DNA of 63,234 nt, counting the filler, from Folioceros fuciformis (lineage: Eukaryota): the NCBI GenBank assembly GCA_049999805.1. It is 7 parts of 7 records of this genome, joined end to end, with 100 filler letters (N's around TTAATTAATTAA, not from the genome) between each part and the next. Parts side by side here need not be neighbours in the genome. Positions count along the whole stretch, not along the records: positions 28,615 to 41,875 come from JBNGIO010002920.1; positions 41,976 to 54,904 come from JBNGIO010002921.1; 5 more parts are not named here. One strand, given 5' to 3'. Positions 38,563 to 50,264 of this stretch are shown here, piece by piece. A program made the translations under genes and the position numbers. The notes under the pieces were generated by a model. The model worked only from the letters and a program-made list of their open reading frames with translations, was not told the DNA's origin and made no database searches. Position 1 is the first letter of the stretch. Each line of letters starts with the position of its first letter.

Positions 38563-41500
38563 CTCCCTCTTAAGCTAATCATAAGCTAAAGAAACAAAGA
38601 AGGGTAGCATGCCAAGGCCAGACGATTAGAGAGTCATCAAAGCTTCATCTGCGTGGCTTGGCAAGGACGTCTTGCTTCTTGTGATAGGGGGATGCCAGAA
38701 TGCTCCCTCTGAAAGCTAAGTCTTCGCTTCAACTTCCGGTCGTGATGAATTGCGGTGAGAAGTCGACCAAACCTAGCTTCTGCATATGCTGATAGTGGTG
38801 CAGCTTAGGTAAGACCTTAGTCAATATATCTGCAGCATTTTCCTCAATAGAGACATAGCTGGCCTTGACCACACCCCGCTCAACAACATCATGGATGTAA
38901 TGACGCTGAATCTCAATGTGTTTCGTCCTAGGGTGAAACTTAGGGTTCGCATCCAAGGCCAAAGCTGACATATTGTTGCAATGCAAGGGTGTAGGGGAAT
39001 CCTGCTTCTAGTCTATGTCTGTAAGAAAGGATCTCTCCCACTCTGCCTTCTTTGCAGTATCTGTGAGTGATTTCTACTCTAGTTCAGTGGAGGAGAGAGC
39101 AATGGAGGGTTACTTCTTGCAACTCCAATTCACGGTTGGTGAGGACAAAAGAAAACAATGGACACTAAGACTTTTCCACGAGTTGGGGTCGAAGGCCCAA
39201 TCTGCGTCAGTATACCACGTGAGTATCAGCTTTCCTGTGCCTTAACTCTTGTCGGCTAGGCCATAGGTGAGGGTCCCCTTAAGGTAGTAGAATATCCTCT
39301 TGACTACTGCCCAGTGAGCCCTTCCAAGTGATTCCACGAATTGAGACGCTGTGGAGACGGAGTATTGGATATCAGGCCTGGTCCATCCACTTACCAACTC
39401 TAAGACTACCAACAGCGTGACGGTAAGGAATGGATTCCATCTCCTTGGCCTCTTCTATTGTTTGTGGGCGCTGGTTTGTTGTGAGCTTTGTGCCGACAGC
39501 ATAGGGGGTGCTAACTGGTTTGACTTGGTCCAACTTAAATCTTGCCAAGATTTCCTTGATATATTTGTACTAGTGAATGATCAAGCTACCCTGAGCTCTA
39601 ATTTGAATTCCTAGGCCAAATTGCAGTTCCCCAATGTCTTTCATGTTAAATTGTGCACTCAACAGCTACTTGACCTCTTCTAGCACCACATAGAGGGTAA
39701 GGAGCATGGAGTGCGGTCCTCGGGAGAGCCTATAAACATTGACATCTGCCGAACTTTGCACAAAGGAGGTACTAATAAGGTAGGAGTGCATGGTAGTATA
39801 CCAGACACAACCGCTCTCCTTGAGACCGTAAATACATTTCTTCAATCTCAGGACCTTATGTAGAAATTTCTTGCTAATGTATCCCTCAGATTGATCTATA
39901 TAGAGCTCTTCATCAAGTGCTCCGTAAAGGAAAGCTGTGCAAACATCCATCTAGTGCAAATCCAAATCCAACTCTGCAGCCAGGGAGAGAAGGATTCAGA
40001 TGGATTGAGCTTGACAACAGGAGAGAACGTCTCCTGGTAGTCGAGCCCTTCGACTTGAGAGAAGCCTCGGGCTACCAGGCAGGCCTTAAAATGCGCAACC
40101 TGGCCCTAGGCGTTCAGCTTAAGCTTGAACGTCCACTTGCAGCTGATCAGCTTCCTACTAGGGGGTGGATCGACCAGCTCCCAAGTCTTGTTTTTTACAA
40201 GACTCTGATACTCATCCTCCATGACTAGCTGCCAATGGAAGGATTTAGGGCCAGAGAGTGCCCAAGTAAGCGTTGTCGGTTCCTCGGGCAAGGGAGATGG
40301 GGAAAAGTGGGCCGTAGAGAGAGAGTTGAAAGAAGTCCTGAAGCCAATGGTCTGGTAAGGGAGCCATTCTGGTCAGCGAACCAGGTCAAGCTGAGCATTC
40401 TCAAGGACCTTTCATGAGGGCTGTCGGACCCGTGTCAACTGTCCGGGTATAGTTGTTAGGGCTGGAGGTGGGGTTGGTGCGGCATCTTGATGTGAAGGAT
40501 CAGCCGAAGGTACATGTAAGACCTCCTATTGTAGCTCCTCGTGTGGCTACTAGTCAAGGTGATCAGGGACAAAGATAGCTGGGTCTTGAAAGTCATTGCT
40601 CCTCTCAGGTTCAGGGGAGCAGGGACAACCAAAGGAGGAGAGATGGGAATCGGGCCGCCGGTGTCACGGGAATAAAGATGCTCGGCCTCGTCCTCATCGT
40701 CAGACTTAAACTCAATAGGATCCACAAGAGCCAAATCACCGTCATCCATAGGGAAGGTTGACAGAGAGTCGAGGTCAGGGTGGATGGAATTTGTGACAAT
40801 AGGTACTCCCTTTGAAGCTGAAGAAGTTGGCTCCATAAAAGTAACACTGTGCGCCAGAGTGATGCTATTGTCATCGGGGCAGAAAAGCTTGTAAGCCTTT
40901 GTGGTTTCGCTATAACCGACAAAAATCAGCTTACGGGCCCTCACTTGTAACGTCCTTCTCTTGGCTTGTGGTATACAGGCAAAACCTTGGGAGCCAAAAA
41001 CTCGAAGGTGTGATATGCTCGGTTTTCTGACCAAGAAAACCTCAAAAGGGGTGCGTCCGGGCAGGGAGCCTGTGAGCACCCTATTAAGAATATAGGTGGC
41101 AGCCGCGATTGCCTCTGCCCAGTAGACTTGAGGTATGCCGAACCACAACAACATACTCTTGGTCATCGAAAGAAGGGTTTGATTCTTGCGCTTGGCTACC
41201 CCGTTCTGCTATGGGGTGTAGGGACGGTAAGCTATCTTTCAATGCCCCTCTCAAGTAGGAAGGTATCAAATTCGTTGTTCACGAACTTTGTCCTATTATC
41301 ACTCCTTAGGATTTCTAGGAGGTTCCCTGTTTACCTTTCTACCTTAGTGAGCCATGCCTTAAAGCATCCAAAGGTCTCACTCTTCTGATGGATAGGGTAC
41401 TAGGCCTAAGAGTACCTATTGGAATCATCTGTAAGGGTTAGATAGTAAATGGCACCACCTAGGGAAGGTGTGTGAATTTTGCCGGAGATGTCAGCATGGA

Positions 41501-41875
41501 CTAACTCTAGCATTGCCTCTACCCTGTGTGCATGTCGAGGAAACGAGAGCTCCTTCTATTTAGCGAGCACGTAGGACTTGCAGGTGGGGAGATGCTCGAA
41601 ACACTTGGGTAAGGGTTCCTGATACAAATCCTGTGAGGGCATAGAAATCAGCTTGTTTTCATTGATATGACCTAACCTAGCATGCCATAGGGAGGCCAGG
41701 TCGTGAAGGGGAAGAGAGGAGGGCTGGTTGGCACTAAAGGTTGAAGGCTCCTTCTCGCCATCAAACACAAGTTTGTACAGTCCATCTGCAGACATGGCCC
41801 TAAACAAGTAGAAATATGGGTTGTGAGAGACAAATTGTTTATATGAACACACACTTCATTCATCGAATAATGTTC
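38563..41875 (-). mobile_element. Ty1/Copia pol (GAG-pre-integrase, integrase, RT, RNase H), degenerate; 3' LTR starts at 38562
   Basis: LWHARLGH, YWAEAIAAATYILNR, NKTWELVDPP, CKWTFKLK, DVCTAFLYG, FHPRTKHIEI, AADILTK; PPT AAGAGGGAG then TGTTAG. Cut by the gap. Confidence 0.93.
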
Positions 41876-42211
41876 NNNNNNNNNNNNNNNNNNNNNNNNN
41901 NNNNNNNNNNNNNNNNNNNTTAATTAATTAANNNNNNNNNNNNNNNNNNNNNNNNNNNNNNNNNNNNNNNNNNNNCCTCCACAGCCTTAGCCCCTCCTTG
42001 CGTGGACGTCTGCTCTCAAGGCCTCGGCCTCAGGCACCTCTACCTCCATCTTTCGCTTCCACCAGCACTAGCCAGAGGGGACCTCGACTCACCTCCCATG
42101 ACCCGTTCTAGGGTTCCTCGTCCATCTGTCACCATATCCTAAGGAACCGGAGCCCGTGTCCTACCTACCACACACCCTCCTAAACCTTATTCACTAACCC
42201 ACTAATCTAAC

Positions 42212-45200
42212 CTAATCTCCTAACCGTTTCTCTACAAAATTCAATAAGAGATTCCGAAAAAAAAGAAACCCTACCATTTTCCAGGGTCTGTTCCTCCTGT
42301 GGCCTCCACACTTGTCTCCCTTTGTAAGACTCACTACGTTAGACAACCAGTCTATGTCTAATGTGTGGGTATGCTTGGCCAGCCAGGGTTTACCAATAAT
42401 GATGTCATGACACAAGGACGACATTACAGTCAGCTTAAAGACTTTTGCCAAACCACCTGGAAAGGTGATTAGCGCATCAGTCCACTCTTCCTTGCTGGTT
42501 TCATGCTCGCCCAACGCTGTCACTACTATGGACACATGTCCAGAGGTACGGACCTGCTGGCCAACCTTTTCAGCAGTGGATCTAGATACATAGTGATGAT
42601 TGGCACCAGAGTCTAGCAGTGCTGTGGCTCGGGCACCTTCTAGGCCAACCTCTAGTTTGATGGGCACGTGGGTCAGGTAACCCTCTTGGAGATTTGACTT
42701 CTCTGAGATCGCTGCAGCTATGGCAGGGGTACTGACCTCGGTTGTGTTGATGGCATGCCCGCTCTTGGGAGGGATGGGGTTTGGTTGGCTCACTCTGGTG
42801 GTCTTCCCGGTTTCTCTCAAGCAGTTGATGAAGTCTTTGTGGAAAGGGCAGCTCTTTGAACCGTGGTCTTGTGCCATGCAAGTGAAACATTTCCTCTTCT
42901 CACTGTATTCCTTCTTCTCCTCCTCCATCAGTATTTTGAAAGTTGGTTTCTTGTTTGACGCGTTAGCTGTCTTGTTCCACTTAGGCTTGGAGGGACCTGC
43001 GAAAGAGAAGTGTTTGTATTTGTTCGTACCATAATTGATGGCTGCTCGCATCGCTTCGACCAAAGTTGCTGGGTTCGTTTGGTTCACATCCGCTCTCATT
43101 TCGAATTTCAGTCCGTCGATGAATTTCTCGATCTTTTGCTCCTCATCTAGCCTGGGCATGTCAAGTGTGAGTTGAAGAAACTTATCACAGTATTCTTGTA
43201 CACTACCTTGTTGGAATATCTTTTGGAATTGTTGATACAAGTCTCTGCGATGATTCACTGGTAGGAACTGTTCCAAGAAGAGCTGTTTGAGGACTGGCCA
43301 GGAGTACACAGGTGGTTCCATGCCGAGGTCCACCTGTTTTTCTCTCTAGCGCCACCAACGGTAGGCATATCCTTCAAGCGACATTACACAGAACTGGATC
43401 TTTTGCAAATCGTCTTTGTCGGAGGTTGTGAGGTACTTGTCGAGTTTGTCTAACAAGTTCATGCACACTTTGAGCATCTTTAGTACTTTCGTCGAACGTT
43501 GTGGTCTTGATCTTCCGATGTAGCTCCTTGTCGAGTTGGGGCTTCGGTTTGAACAGGTATTCTTCTCCCCCTTGCGCTTCTCCACTCGATCGACCTCGTT
43601 GGCGTTCCCAATGCTCATATCTCATCATTTGCAGATGCCTCACCATTGCTTTGATATCCTTGTTCTCTTCTTCGCCAGGTTGGAGTTCTACGATGAGTTT
43701 CTTCCTCAGCTCCCCATCCTCCAGGTGAGATTCCTTCTCAGCACAAGGTACGGCGGTGTACCTCCGTTCTTCGCCCCTTCCCGTGTCAGGACGGGTTGCT
43801 CCTAATAGTCTTCCATCCACAGGTGTGGAGAGGTGTGTCTCGTCCAGCGATGGCACCTCAGCGTCCGAGGGTGGGAACTGGTGAGCGCCTGGGGTGTTGG
43901 TTGCTCCAGCGTCTGGAGCACACCCTCCAGCTACCTCTCCAGTCGGGCTTGGCCCTCCCCCACCTGGACTTCGATCCGATCGACAGCCCGCTCTACCTTA
44001 GCCAGCTGTTGGTCTTGTCTAGACAAGGATGAGCGCAATTCATCGCAGGTATGTTCGACGCTGGCTGTCCTTTCCTCCATTCTTCGCAAGGTCTCTGCCT
44101 GATTTGCTTCACTCCTGGTTGGCTCACCGACTGTGTTCAATGCAGGAGAGTGGCGTGATTCTGCTAGAGTGCTGTGTTTCCTTGGGCGTCCGCGTCGCCG
44201 GCTTACCAGCTCTGAGGCGTAGTCAGCGAGAATTCTTGGAGCGTCCGGTTCGGTTGTCCATGCTGCCTTTCCTAGCGAGATTTCCAGGACTCCTCTTGGT
44301 TTCTGCCTTCCTCATGGTTGGTCCGTTCTCTGTTGCTGGTGATGGTTGCTGGGAAGCTATTGCTACCACCTCTAGGTGCTCCCGAACTCGGCCTCTGGAT
44401 CCTGGCTGCCGGCCTTGATCCTAGATCTAAGGGTGGCTAGCTCAGTGGCTTTGATACCAAAGATGTTACGGGATAGCTCTGGATTCCAGCTTTAGGAAAA
44501 TGGACGTTCTCTTCATGTTCAGTTTTGCTACAAATACATGTTTAGCGAGCAGTGCCAAGAAGGCTGTACCTGCCCGCCTAACTACCCTACTTCTTGGGAT
44601 TCTGCTGGTATAACAGCTTTTAGTTATCCAGATATTCTATATACTGGCATTTTATCTATCAATTAGTATCTATTTAATTAGTGTCTACTTAAACAATATC
44701 TACTTAATTAGTATCTACTTGATTGTTTCATAGCTGGGTATACGATAAAAACATGAGTGTTTCGTAGAGTTCCTGCTACCTCATCGTGGTAGCTTCGGCT
44801 CCTGGGCGGACGACTTGAGTGGCCTGCTCATCGTCCTTGTTTCACAAGGTAGCTATTGACAAGTTTCAGAAGTGAGAGAAGTTGCTATGTCACAACGGCA
44901 TGACCGCGCAGTGTACAAGGAAGTTGCTATGTCACCAGGACATGACCGCGCAGTGTACGAGGGGTTTACGTGCACCACCCAATCTTGCCTCCCCATTTCC
45001 TGACAGGGTGGTGGTGACCACCCTGGTATAAACCCGGCCTTTATGTAGGACACTCCAGGAAGGTTCCCGGCCTTCTGCAGGATATCCTCGAGGGAGGTCC
45101 CCTGCCTTCTCCTTGATATACTCTATGGGTGTCCCCTGCCCACTGCTGGATATACTCCCATCTCGGGCCGTCCGCTAGCATGACATACACACACGAAAAT

Positions 45201-45249
45201 GGTCCTAACGGGAGGTTGAAACAAATGCATGCTCGCGCACGATTCCTCA
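42212..45249 (-). mobile_element. Ty3/Gypsy 5' half: putative LTR (~44464-45249), PBS (44447-44459), gag, knuckle and protease; RT absent
   Basis: PBS TGGTATCAAAGCC after ...TAACA; LEGYAYRWW, QQGSVQEYCDKF, CFTCMAQDHGSKSCP, ALLDSGANHHYV, DIIIGKPWL. Confidence 0.88.
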
Positions 45250-45477
45250 AGATAAATTAAGGACACAACGAAAACCTATATCCAAGAACCGTAACCACCG
45301 TTCGAACCATGGTTCGCGACTTCGGGGGTGTGTACTCGCAAATTCCTAGGTTTGCTTGAAAATTGGTGAGTGCTTGGCCGATCTGCCCTAGAACTGGCAA
45401 ATCTCTGGCCGGGCTTGATCGATGCATGCGGGCCTGGTCCTTGAGCGACTGCATTTCGTCTGGCTCTAGACAATTCG

Positions 45478-46402
45478 ATGAACAGGGCTGCTCTGAATGC
45501 AGTGCGGGTGGGTGGCTAGGATTGACAGATTTGATTTCGTGCCCGGAATTGGAGACACGAGGGTCTGATGGCTGCTTGTTGGAGTGCAGAGAGCCACTGC
45601 GGGTTTGACCCCTGCTAACACGCAGGGGCTGAGATGGCGAGTTTTTGATGCGCAGGGGCAGGTGGGTGGGGAGGCTCGCCGCTTGTTTTTGGCTGTTTTA
45701 GGGGTTTAGATGTTTCGCTGAGCCGGTAGAGCCGCAGATTCTTGGCAGGCTGGCTTCACAGATTTCCGTGGTTCTACAAGGAAAGGACAAGCCCACGTAT
45801 ACTCCGTATCTGGATCAGGGGGATGTCTGTGTTGTGCTCAACGCCAAGGACGTTGCTTTGTCTGGGAGGAAGCTGACGGACAAGTTCTACCGATGGCATA
45901 CGGGGTGAGCTAATGGGAGCTGCTTGGCTGTGCGTGGTAGTTGGTATTGAACGTGGCTGGCGGTGGCTGTTGTAGGTACGTGGGACATTTGAAGGAGAGG
46001 AATGTGAAGGAGCAGATGAGGCGGGATCCTGGTGAAGTTATTCGTAAAGCTGTTCTTCGGATGCTGCCCAGAAATAAGCTGAGAGATGTGAGTCCCGTCA
46101 CTTGTTTGGAAGCTTTGGGAGGGTTTGTGGTCACTTCTCCTCACCGAAGGATGATGGAGATTTTGGTTGCTTTGGGACTCTCTGTGATCTTTCTTATCGA
46201 AGAATGACGGGTATTTTGCTTATGTGCGCTGCAGCACCGAGCTGTTAAACTCCGAATCTTTGCGGATGACAATCATCCCTTCGTTGACAAGCCTCTGGAA
46301 CCATTTGTGATGCCTCCTCGAAAGGTTCGGGAGATGAGGCCACGAGAAAAGCGTGCTGCAGCAAGGGCCCAAAAGCCTCCTGTTGTTAATCGTAGGCAAT
46401 AG
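45478..46402 (+). CDS. RPL13: Mitochondrial 50S ribosomal protein L13 (uL13m), exons 45478-45507, 45590-45661, 45738-45904, 45976-46087, 46235-46402
   Basis: GLRWRVFDAQGQ|ILGRLASQISVVLQGKDKPTY...DKFYRWHTG|YVGHLKER...AVLRMLPRNKLRD|...KPLEPFVMPPRKVREMRPR; phases consistent. Confidence 0.92.
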
Positions 46403-46592
46403 ATTGTAGTGTCGGGCAGGATCGGTGCTGCACTGGACTAGTTCGATTTGGCATGCAAAGGCTTTGTCTACATTGGGATAATTGACAAGGTGTAGCCTTT
46501 GGATTGCGGCTGGAGCTGATTGGTTTGCCAGGTGCACGAATGTGTTGGTCCCTTCTATTGAGATTCGATATCTTGAGTACGGAAGGCCGAAG

Positions 46593-48236
46593 ATGGCAGA
46601 CGGTGGGACACAGTCTGGGGTAGACGCAATTTCGAATCAGTTATTGAAGGAGAGTGAAGGAAATGTGTCTGAGACAAGCGACAGTGAGGAGAGTGTCATT
46701 GAGGCGAGCGATAGCAAGGAAAATGTGATGGAGACGAGCAAGGGTGAGCAGGATGCGAGTGGGGTTCAGAAATCGCCTAGGCCGCACAAAGGGTTCGTGT
46801 GGGGTTTCTGGTCGGTAGCCTTTTTTGTTTGTTTCCTGTCCTTTGTTTTCTCACCACAGCATCTACAAGATAAACTGTTAGATCTTCAGTTTTGGGTCCA
46901 CAGCTTGCGCACAGTCAGTGTGGGTGTCAGCCGCGTAGTTCGTTACTGGCACTTGGTTGAGAACTGGGTGTTTGTGAGACTTCCGGAGCCTGTGTCTAGC
47001 GAGGCATTCAAGTTCCCGCTTTTGTGGATGGCTCCTTTTTTTTCTGCCGGTGGTTACAGCTCAGAAGCCATATCCTATGCTGAAGCCCTGGTGGAGAGCA
47101 AGCTTGTTCCTCACTTCCAGATTATGCAGCATGGGGATCTCTACAACCATGTCTTCCTCAAGGGATTGCCATCGAAGACTAAGGAGATTCTAGTGACCTT
47201 AATGGCTAGTGAAGTTGATGTGGGTCGAAGTGTAGTCATCTGCCATAGTGAACCTGGAGCTTGGTATCCTCCTTTGTTCCAGACAATCCCTTGTCCTCCT
47301 GGAGGATATGAGCAACCACTGTATGTGATTGGAAGAACCATGTTCGAGACGGACATGGTGAATGCGAATCATGTGGACCGCTGTAACTTGATGGATGAAG
47401 TCTGGGTTCCAACAGAATTTCACATGGGAACTTTTGCCAGGAGTGGAGTTAATGCATCCAAGATTGTTAAGGTGCCGCAAATCGTTGATGTGCATTTCTT
47501 TGATCCCAGCCGTGTGGAAGCCAGCAGTATGCCTGCAGGGAGGTGCCTATTCGGCGACTGTAGGGGAGCTTTGGAACCTCAACGCTTTGTGTTTCTGAGT
47601 ATCTTCAAGTGGGAGATCAGGAAAGGGTGGGATATTCTTATTAAGGCTTATATGCGGGAGTTCTCCGTGGAGGACAATGTAGTGCTGTATCTTTTGACAA
47701 ACGCTTTTCATTCAGATGACGATTTTGGCAGCAAGATTCAGGAGTTCGTGCAGGGTATGGATGAGCCCAAACTACCTGAAAGCTGGCCAGCATTGTACCT
47801 GCTGGACGAGCATGTTCCCCAGACCAAGCTGCCAGGTCTGTATAAGTTGGCAGATGCTTTTGTGCTGCCATCTAGGGGTGAAGGATGGGGTCGACCTCAT
47901 GTGGAAGCGATGGCCATGGGCCTTCCTGTTATTGCAACCAACTGGTCTGGCATGACTGAATACATGACAGAGGACAACAGTTACCCTATACCTGTAGAAA
48001 GGCTTGTTCAGGTGAAGCAAGGGCCGTTCAAAGGCCACCAGTGGGCAGAGCCGTCGTCAGAGCGTCTGCAACAGTTGATGAGGCACGCCATGAGCAACCA
48101 ACTCGAGGCGAAAGCAAAGGGGTCGGAGGCTCGGCAAAATATGGTTTCGAAGTACTCTCCTGAGGTTGTCGGGCACCAGGTCGTCTCTCATTTTCTGCGT
48201 ATCCAGAAGCTGTTAGAGAGTAGGCAAACCAGTTAA
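46593..48236 (+). CDS. GT4-family (GT-B) glycosyltransferase with N-terminal TM anchor, intronless
   Basis: LWMAPFFSAGGYSSEA, CHSEPGAW, GRTMFETD, FKWEIRKGWD, FVLPSRGEGWGRPHVEAMAMGLPVIAT (EX7E motif); first in-frame ATG at 46593. Confidence 0.9.
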   Translation: MADGGTQSGVDAISNQLLKESEGNVSETSDSEESVIEASDSKENVMETSKGEQDASGVQKSPRPHKGFVWGFWSVAFFVCFLSFVFSPQHLQDKLLDLQFWVHSLRTVSVGVSRVVRYWHLVENWVFVRLPEPVSSEAFKFPLLWMAPFFSAGGYSSEAISYAEALVESKLVPHFQIMQHGDLYNHVFLKGLPSKTKEILVTLMASEVDVGRSVVICHSEPGAWYPPLFQTIPCPPGGYEQPLYVIGRTMFETDMVNANHVDRCNLMDEVWVPTEFHMGTFARSGVNASKIVKVPQIVDVHFFDPSRVEASSMPAGRCLFGDCRGALEPQRFVFLSIFKWEIRKGWDILIKAYMREFSVEDNVVLYLLTNAFHSDDDFGSKIQEFVQGMDEPKLPESWPALYLLDEHVPQTKLPGLYKLADAFVLPSRGEGWGRPHVEAMAMGLPVIATNWSGMTEYMTEDNSYPIPVERLVQVKQGPFKGHQWAEPSSERLQQLMRHAMSNQLEAKAKGSEARQNMVSKYSPEVVGHQVVSHFLRIQKLLESRQTS

Positions 48237-48845
48237 TCGAGCTATCCTGGACGTTTGACTGTGTCGGGCAACTGCCCTGATCATGACAGAGCCATCCCCC
48301 TCGCGTACAGAACTGCAATTGGACAGCGGAGCCTACCAAAGAAAAGACACCGTCTGTGTCAACCAAGTTCGTCGATTGCCGTCCAACGGCCTGGACAATT
48401 CGTCCGAAGGGGGAAAGCGGAGCTGACTGCAGGCAAGCTTTCTTAGTGGTCGAAGGTGGCATCCAACGGCCTCGAGAGATAGCGGGAGCGAGGACTTTCA
48501 TGGCCCCTGCGACGTGGGGACCCTGGGTGCAATCGGTAATCCTTGAATCGTCCAAACCAACTTCGAGCGCTTGCCTCCCCAGGTTGTACATCGATCTTGC
48601 GGTCCTGGTTTTTCCAGTTTCTGAAAGTAAAAGGCTTCGCTAAGACTTCGTGCCAGAATGTCAAAAAAGTGAAAATAGTATTGAAAACACGGCAGGATCA
48701 GCAATCCGACATGTCGTCGGCGAATCTTCGGGGCTTAGCGATACGCAGACAACAAAAGAATGAAAGGGAGGAGGCCTCCATTCCGAGATAAGATGTTCCA
48801 AAAACATACGGAAGAAATTCTATCATTGCAACCATGGATGCTCCA

Positions 48846-49615
48846 TTACTTGCCGAAAAGACGAGTGAAAAAGTTGCCTGACTTCTGGCTTTCCAGGCAT
48901 GCTACATGCGCGTATCTTCCTAGCTTGTCCACGGTTCGAGGTGCACCAGAGGTGTTCTTCCTGCACACCCGACAGTTCTTGTCCACCCAGCCTTCATCCA
49001 CATACTCTCCATCCACTGTCACAAACCAACGTTACACTGAGTCAGGAACTCCTCATTTTTGGCCAATTCGCTGACGTTCTGTTCAAGCTCACGCGCATAG
49101 TAATCACGTAATTCACGATCTACTAACCTTCCACGAAATCCTTGAAGAAGTCCCTGTATGTTCCTCCAATCTTCCTCCTCAAGGCACCGTACTGCAAAGA
49201 AGCTGGCTGGATGTGAACACGCAGCTGAACCACACACGTCGATCACGAAAGCTCCGAGCTGCAATGGCATCCGTACCTGCTCGCGAGACATCTTTTCGCC
49301 GGATTTCGTTGCAGCTCGTGCGTCTTCCAACAACTCCGCATCTGATTCCGATCTCACAGAGGAGAAATCAATTGCATCAGTGAAGGCTGAAAACAGGGAT
49401 TGCTTGCTCTTCTTCGGCTCCTCCTCCTTGCCAGGCTTGGCCTTTCCAGCATACACTGTTAACCCGACTGATGATGTGCCTACACGGCAAGCTCCTTGCG
49501 CATTGAGAACTTCGGCTGGGGAGAGTGTCCCGAAAGCTGATGCGGCGGAGGATGACAATGAGGAACGCCCCGACCCGATCAAAGCTCCGCACGAGCCACA
49601 GAGTGCTACAGCCAT
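48846..49615 (-). CDS. Probable plastid-targeted protein with C-terminal CxxC...HxxC motif, exons 49615-49277, 49191-49128, 49015-48846
   Basis: S/A-rich transit peptide ending VYA; spliced core MSREQ|YGALRRKIGGTYRDFFKDFVE|VDGEYVDEGWVDKNCRVCRK...YAHVACLE...FFTRLFGK*. Confidence 0.85.
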
Positions 49616-50264
49616 GGCACCGCCTGTCCGGAAATCTGAGCCACCGTCGTCAACTTCAATTGCTTGGCCGGCAGAAAGGAATTACACCGACGTCTCAAAC
49701 GACTCAGACTCACAAGCTCGGCCTGAAACGGCAGGATGAGAGGCTGGTGTTCATCTTCGCGTGGCTTTCTCGCAGCCCCCAGCCATTTCGTGGCCGGGGA
49801 GATTCCAGATTCAAGCCCGGGCCGGGCGGGCCGAGATAATGGAGACAGGAATTACTTCGACACCCGCCACACTCGCGGCATTTCTGCTGTTCCACGTCTC
49901 ATAGTCAGGGCAGCAATGTTTGCTTCAATCCGTGATCAAGCCAGCAGACGTTAAACCTTCAATCAGCTTGCCATTTTCATTTTCCCACTTTTGTCTACAG
50001 CTGCCAACTCAAATTCTGGCATTGGCACTTTTCATTTGGAGCTGAGGACCTGCTTGTTGTCCTTTGTTGGACCAGATTGTCTTGAACCTTGCTCTGGACT
50101 CGCGGCGTGCACAAGCAAGTGGTGGACTTTCATGACTAGATTGGAGTCTCCCTGAGAACAATGTGCAAACTAGGTTTAGGAAATGTGTCTAGGAATGTGA
50201 GTGGACTAGGAGGAAGCTCACAGACACAGGATTGTTTGATGCAGAAGCCACGGATGAGGCACAG

